From the NCBI GenBank assembly GCA_033855935.1, contig JAWVFN010000191.1, positions 1 through 49,458 on the forward strand: a stretch of DNA of 49,458 nt, in the 5' to 3' direction. Within the stretch, counting starts at the first letter, position 1, and each line of letters begins with the position of its first letter. Shown here in pieces: positions 45,131-49,458 of the stretch. The DNA is from Solirubrobacterales bacterium (lineage in GTDB: Bacteria; Actinomycetota; Thermoleophilia; Solirubrobacterales; 70-9). The notes below the pieces were generated by a model. The model searched no databases. It saw nothing but the letters and a program-made list of their open reading frames with translations, and was not told the DNA's origin. Made by a program: the position numbers and the translations under genes.

Positions 45131-46993
45131 ATGAGCTTGATCCAGACCAGTCTCACAGCGGTGACGACCTCGGCGCCCCCGGCCGGGGGCGCGGCGATCG
45201 GCCAGGTCATCGGAGCCAGCGTGGCGGGGATGATCGTCACCGGCTTCCTGCTCGTGCTCGGCATCGGCCACCGTACCGGACGGCTCGACTGGCTCGGGCG
45301 CGCCGGGGCCTACGCCGAGCGCCGGCTCGACCTCCCCGCCTGGGCGGCGTTGCCGCTGTCGATGATCGTCCCCTCGCTCCTCATCGCCCTCTTCGGAATG
45401 CTCTGGGACATCTCGATCCACATCGATCAGGGACGCGATCCGGGCCCGCTCGCCAACCCCGCGCACTACTTCATCCTCGCCGGGCTGTTCGGGATCTTCG
45501 CTTCGGGGTTGCTGGCGATCGTGCTGCCGACCTCGAAGCCGAGCAAGGCCGCCGTCCGCATCTCCGGTGACTGGTACGCGCCTCTCGGCGGCGTCTTGAT
45601 CTTCGCCTGCGGCGCCTTCTCGCTGATGGGATTCCCGCTCGACGACATCTGGCACCGGCTCTTCGGCCAGGACGTGACGCTCTGGGGCCCGACCCACCTG
45701 ATGCTGATCGGCGGTGCGGTGATGACGATCCTCGGCACCGCGGTCCTGCTCGCCGAGGCCGGGCGCTCCGGAAAGCGCCAGGCCGGCGAGCCCGACATCG
45801 TCTACTGGGGGCGCAAGGTCTCGCTCCCCGGCGCCTTCCTGATCGCGCTCTCGACCTTCCAGGCGGAGTTCGACTTCGGCGTGCCCCAGTTCCGCTTCGT
45901 CTTCGCGCCGATGCTGGTCATGCTCGCGGCCGCCGCGGCGCTCGTCGCGGCGCGCATCGTCGCCGGGCGCGGTGGCGCGATCGGCGCCGTCCTCTTCTTC
46001 CTCGCCGTTCGCGGGGCCTACGCGCTGATTATCGGCCCGATCCTCGGCCAGTCGCTGCCGCACTTTCCGCTCTATCTGCCCGAGGCGATCTTGGTCGAGC
46101 TCGTCGCGCTGGCAATCTCGCCGGTGCGCCGGACGCTGCCCTTCGCCCTGACCGCCGGAGCGCTGGTCGGGACGATGGGCCTCGCCGCCGAATGGGGCTG
46201 GTCTCACATCTTCTCGCCGATCCCCTGGCCCTCGACGCTGCTACCCGAGGGCGCGATCCTCGGCCTGGCGATGGCGCTTGCCGGCGCGATGGTCGGCGCC
46301 TGGATCGGCGCCAGGCTGATGTCCGACCAAATTCCCCGCATGCCTTCGCTGAGGTACGCCGGCGCCGTCTCGGCGGCGCTTATCGCTGCGCTGATCGGGT
46401 TCGCCCTCTACAAGCCGGCCGACCAGGGCTTGAGCGCATCGGTTGCGCTGACCGACGTCCAGCCCGGCCCGGATCGGACCGTCAACGCGACGGTGACGAT
46501 GAGCCCGGCGAGCGCCGCCGACGACGCCGTCTGGTTCAACGTCACCGCCTGGCAGGGCGGCGGCCTGGTCGTCGACAGCCTGCGGCGGGTGCGCGAGGGC
46601 GTTTATCAGACGACCGAGCCGATTCCCGTCCACGGCGACTGGAAGGCGGACATCCGCCTGCAGCGGGGCAACTCGCTGATCGCACTGCCGATTTACCTGC
46701 CCGAGGACCCCGCGATTCCCGCCAAGGGCGTGCCGGCCTCCGCGCAGTTCACGCGGCCGTTCGTCGCCGACCACAAAGTGCTCCAGCGCGAGCAGAAGTC
46801 GGTCGCGGGCTGGTTGACGCCGGTCGCATATTCGGTCGTGCTCGTGCTGGCGCTCTGTCTGCTCGGCTTCATCGCCTGGGGCATCCACAGGATCGCCGTC
46901 GTCAGGGGCGAGCCGGGCTCGCCGGTCGCCGGCCGGTCGCCGAAGGCGAAGCGGGCGCGCAAGACGCCCCACGACCCGATGCCGGTCACATGA
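45131..46993 (+). CDS. large polytopic membrane protein with extracytoplasmic beta-rich domain, unknown function
   Basis: ATG 45131 follows GAGAGGAG. 620 aa with more than 10 hydrophobic segments, a soluble segment (TVNATVTMSPASAADDAVWFNVTAWQGGG...) and a final TM. Confidence 0.7.
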   Translation: MSLIQTSLTAVTTSAPPAGGAAIGQVIGASVAGMIVTGFLLVLGIGHRTGRLDWLGRAGAYAERRLDLPAWAALPLSMIVPSLLIALFGMLWDISIHIDQGRDPGPLANPAHYFILAGLFGIFASGLLAIVLPTSKPSKAAVRISGDWYAPLGGVLIFACGAFSLMGFPLDDIWHRLFGQDVTLWGPTHLMLIGGAVMTILGTAVLLAEAGRSGKRQAGEPDIVYWGRKVSLPGAFLIALSTFQAEFDFGVPQFRFVFAPMLVMLAAAAALVAARIVAGRGGAIGAVLFFLAVRGAYALIIGPILGQSLPHFPLYLPEAILVELVALAISPVRRTLPFALTAGALVGTMGLAAEWGWSHIFSPIPWPSTLLPEGAILGLAMALAGAMVGAWIGARLMSDQIPRMPSLRYAGAVSAALIAALIGFALYKPADQGLSASVALTDVQPGPDRTVNATVTMSPASAADDAVWFNVTAWQGGGLVVDSLRRVREGVYQTTEPIPVHGDWKADIRLQRGNSLIALPIYLPEDPAIPAKGVPASAQFTRPFVADHKVLQREQKSVAGWLTPVAYSVVLVLALCLLGFIAWGIHRIAVVRGEPGSPVAGRSPKAKRARKTPHDPMPVT

Positions 46994-47112
46994 GCGCCGC
47001 CTTGATTCCGCTCGCCCACGCCGGGCACCTGCTGCTCGCGATCCCGTTCGTGATGCCGGTGATCTTGCTCGGCGGCGGCCTCGCCTTCCTGGTGATTCGC
47101 GACCGGATGTAG
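46990..47112 (+). CDS. 40-aa single-TM peptide translationally coupled to the upstream membrane protein
   Basis: ATGA overlap with the upstream stop. MSAALIPLAHAGHLLLAIPFVMPVILLGGGLAFLVIRDRM is one clean TM followed by a basic end. Confidence 0.45.
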   Translation: MSAALIPLAHAGHLLLAIPFVMPVILLGGGLAFLVIRDRM

Positions 47113-47172
47113 GTCGACGCTCCGCCGCAGCTCCGGAACCGCCAAAATCCGTGACATGGAGAGGGCGGCGGT

Positions 47173-48282
47173 ATGAGGGTGATCCCCACCCCCGAGGAGC
47201 TCGCGGCCGGGGTCGCGAACGCTTACGACGCCTTCATCGGCGGCGGCATCGCCGACACGCGGCCGATGCGGTCGTCGATCATCGACGAGGGACCAAAGCG
47301 CGCCGTGCATCGCTACTGGCCGCGGCCCGATGCGGTTTCGCCGCACGGCGCGCCGGTTTTGCTGGTGCCGCCGCTTGCGGCGCCCGCCTTCTGCTTCGAC
47401 CTGCGGCGCGGGTGCAGCCTGGTCGAGTACCTACTCGAGGCCGGCCGCAAGGTCTATCTCGTCGACTACGGGCAGATCGCCTTCTCGGATCGCAACTTGG
47501 GCATCGAGGACTGGGTAGAGGACATCCTGCCCAGCGCAATCGCCGCTGTCCATGAGGACAGCGGCGGCGAGGATCTACAGCTCGTCGGCTGGTGCCTCGG
47601 CGGGATCATGTCGTTGCTGGCGATGGCCGAGAAGCCGCTGCCGGTGCGCTCGCTGGCGATGGTCGCGAGCCCGTTCGACTTCACCCAGGTGCCGATGGTC
47701 GCCCCATTGCGGCCGCTCGTCGACTTCACCGGCGGCCGCATCGTCACCAGCCTCTACCGGGTGATGGGCGGCGCCCCGAAGCGGCTGGTCAAGTACGCGT
47801 ACCAGCTCGCCGCCTTCGACAAGTACGTGACCAAGCCGCTGGCGATCGCCCGCAACCTCGACGACCGCGACTTCCTCGCCCAGATCGAGGCCGTCGACCG
47901 GTTCACCGCCAACATGGCCGCCTACCCGGGCCGGACCTTCGGCCAGCTCTACCACCGCTTCTTCCGCATCAACGACCTCGCCGACGGCACGATCGACCTC
48001 GACGGCGACACGATCAGGCTCGCTGGGGTCGACACGCCGGTGATGTCGATCGCCGGCGAGGGCGACGGCATCGCACCGGTCGGCGCTGTTCACGCCGTGC
48101 GCGAGTTCCTGCCCGGCGTCCGCATCGACACGGCGCCCGGCGGCCACCTCGGGGTGCTCACCGGGCGCGCGGCGCGGCGCACAACCTGGCCGATGATCGA
48201 GGAGTGGCTCGGCGAGCACGACCCGCGCCGCGGCCGCGAAGCCGCGCCGCCCCTGGCCCCGCGACCGCTGCAAACCGCATGA
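47173..48282 (+). CDS. PhaC-like alpha/beta hydrolase (class III PHA-synthase-like, Cys nucleophile)
   Basis: PVLLVPPLAAPAFCFDL...GRKVYLVDYG, then the lipase box with Cys, VGWCLGG, and C-terminal GGHLGV. Confidence 0.7.
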   Translation: MRVIPTPEELAAGVANAYDAFIGGGIADTRPMRSSIIDEGPKRAVHRYWPRPDAVSPHGAPVLLVPPLAAPAFCFDLRRGCSLVEYLLEAGRKVYLVDYGQIAFSDRNLGIEDWVEDILPSAIAAVHEDSGGEDLQLVGWCLGGIMSLLAMAEKPLPVRSLAMVASPFDFTQVPMVAPLRPLVDFTGGRIVTSLYRVMGGAPKRLVKYAYQLAAFDKYVTKPLAIARNLDDRDFLAQIEAVDRFTANMAAYPGRTFGQLYHRFFRINDLADGTIDLDGDTIRLAGVDTPVMSIAGEGDGIAPVGAVHAVREFLPGVRIDTAPGGHLGVLTGRAARRTTWPMIEEWLGEHDPRRGREAAPPLAPRPLQTA

Positions 48283-48292
48283 CGAGCTTCGC

Positions 48293-49458
48293 ATGAGACA
48301 GCTGACCAGCCTCGACGCGCAGTTCCTCGCCCTCGAGAACTCGCGGCAGACCGGCCACGTCGCCGGGCTGACGATCCTCGACCCGTCGACGGCGCCGAAG
48401 GGCAAGCTCGATCTCGAAGACATCCAGCACCTGATGGAGGAGCGCCTGCCGCTGCTGCCGCCGCTGCGCTGGCGCCTCGCCGAGGTCCCGTTCGGGCTCG
48501 ACTACCCGTACTGGATCGACGATCCCGACTTCGACCTCGACTTCCACGTCCGCGAGCTGGCGATGCCGCCGGGGACCGGCGACGAGAAGCTCGCCGCGCA
48601 GGTTGCCCGGATCGTCGCCCGGCCCCTCGACCGGGCCCGGCCGCTGTGGGAGATCTACCTGATCCACGGCGTCGACGATGGCGACCACATGGCGCTGCTG
48701 ACCAAGATCCACCACTCGCTCGTCGACGGCCTCTCCGGCGCCGAGATCATGGGAGTCCTCTTCGACCTCGACGCCAACGGCCGCGACGTCCCCGAGGCAA
48801 AGGACAACGGCGGCGATCGCGAGCCGAGCGACGTCGAGATGCTCGCCCGCGGGCTGCTCGGGTTGCCGCGCTACCCGCTGCGGGCCCTGCGCTCGCTGCC
48901 GCGCGCGCTGCCCAACCTCGATGAGGCGCCGGTGTTCAGCGTCATCCCCGGCTCCTCGCTGGTCGCCCGGGTTGCCGAGACCCTCGGCAACGCCGTCACT
49001 CGAAGCGAGTCCGGCACCCTCGGCCACACCGACCTGAAGGCGCCGAAGACGTCGTTCAACGGGCGCATCTCCCCCCATCGCCGCTTCGTCTTCGGTCGGA
49101 TGCCGCTCGAAAAGGTCAAGGACGTCAAAAATGCCTTCGGCTGCACCGTCAACGACGTCGTCGTCGCGGTCTGCGCCGGCGCCGTACGCAGCTGGCTGGT
49201 CGACCACGACGAGCTGCTGCCCGAGCCGCTCGTCGCCCAGATCCCGGTCTCGGTAAGGACCGACGAGCAGATGGGGACATACGGCAACCGGATCATGCTG
49301 ATGAGCGCGCCGCTGTTCACCAACGAGCCCGACCCCGTGAAACGCCTCGATCTCACCCACAAGGCGCTGCTCGAGATGAAGGAGCGCCACCGGGCGCTGC
49401 CGGCGGAGCTGCTCCAGGACGCAAACCACTTCATCCCCCCGGCGGTCTTCGCTCGTGC
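48293..49458 (+). CDS. wax ester synthase / diacylglycerol acyltransferase (WS/DGAT), 3'-truncated by the window end
   Basis: ATG 48293: MRQLTSLDAQFLALENSRQTGHVAGL...PLWEIYLIHG...LLTKIHHSLVDGLSG (HHxxxDG active site). Read directly from the sequence. It is absent from the ORF track because no stop lies in the window. Confidence 0.85.
   Translation, partial: MRQLTSLDAQFLALENSRQTGHVAGLTILDPSTAPKGKLDLEDIQHLMEERLPLLPPLRWRLAEVPFGLDYPYWIDDPDFDLDFHVRELAMPPGTGDEKLAAQVARIVARPLDRARPLWEIYLIHGVDDGDHMALLTKIHHSLVDGLSGAEIMGVLFDLDANGRDVPEAKDNGGDREPSDVEMLARGLLGLPRYPLRALRSLPRALPNLDEAPVFSVIPGSSLVARVAETLGNAVTRSESGTLGHTDLKAPKTSFNGRISPHRRFVFGRMPLEKVKDVKNAFGCTVNDVVVAVCAGAVRSWLVDHDELLPEPLVAQIPVSVRTDEQMGTYGNRIMLMSAPLFTNEPDPVKRLDLTHKALLEMKERHRALPAELLQDANHFIPPAVFAR

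Overview
High-GC (about 70%) actinobacterial-type chromosomal DNA, possibly Thermoleophilia-like (a guess). It is densely coded on both strands, with many 4-nt start/stop overlaps and at least one likely leaderless gene. I support about 50 protein genes, one initiator tRNA-Met gene, several hairpin terminators and four palindromic operator candidates. No rRNA, CRISPR array, transposase or recombinase gene is visible. Recognisable content: (i) housekeeping and stress genes: Ppx/GppA, CspA, L,D-transpeptidase, dodecin, acetolactate decarboxylase, and an RsbW/RsbV/PAS-GAF-GAF-PP2C partner-switching module. (ii) Many lipid genes: two membrane desaturases, an OafA-like acyltransferase, an SGNH esterase, two secreted lipases (one CALB-like), several alpha/beta hydrolases, a crotonase, an EthA/EthR-like BVMO-TetR pair, and a PhaC-like hydrolase followed by a WS/DGAT. 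(iii) A cell-surface cluster: a PD40/TolB-like propeller protein followed by a roughly 1630-aa protein with eight tandem Ig-like repeats. Most noteworthy findings: a 4.1-kb integrase-less islet at the tRNA-fMet gene, bounded by a 42-nt direct repeat and carrying 25-nt subterminal direct repeats; an unusual Lys-rich, partly Cys-containing C-terminal tail on three unrelated secreted proteins; and an S8 subtilase homologue with Thr at the nucleophile position next to an orphan secreted protein. All functional calls rest on motifs read by eye from the translations. No database search was run.
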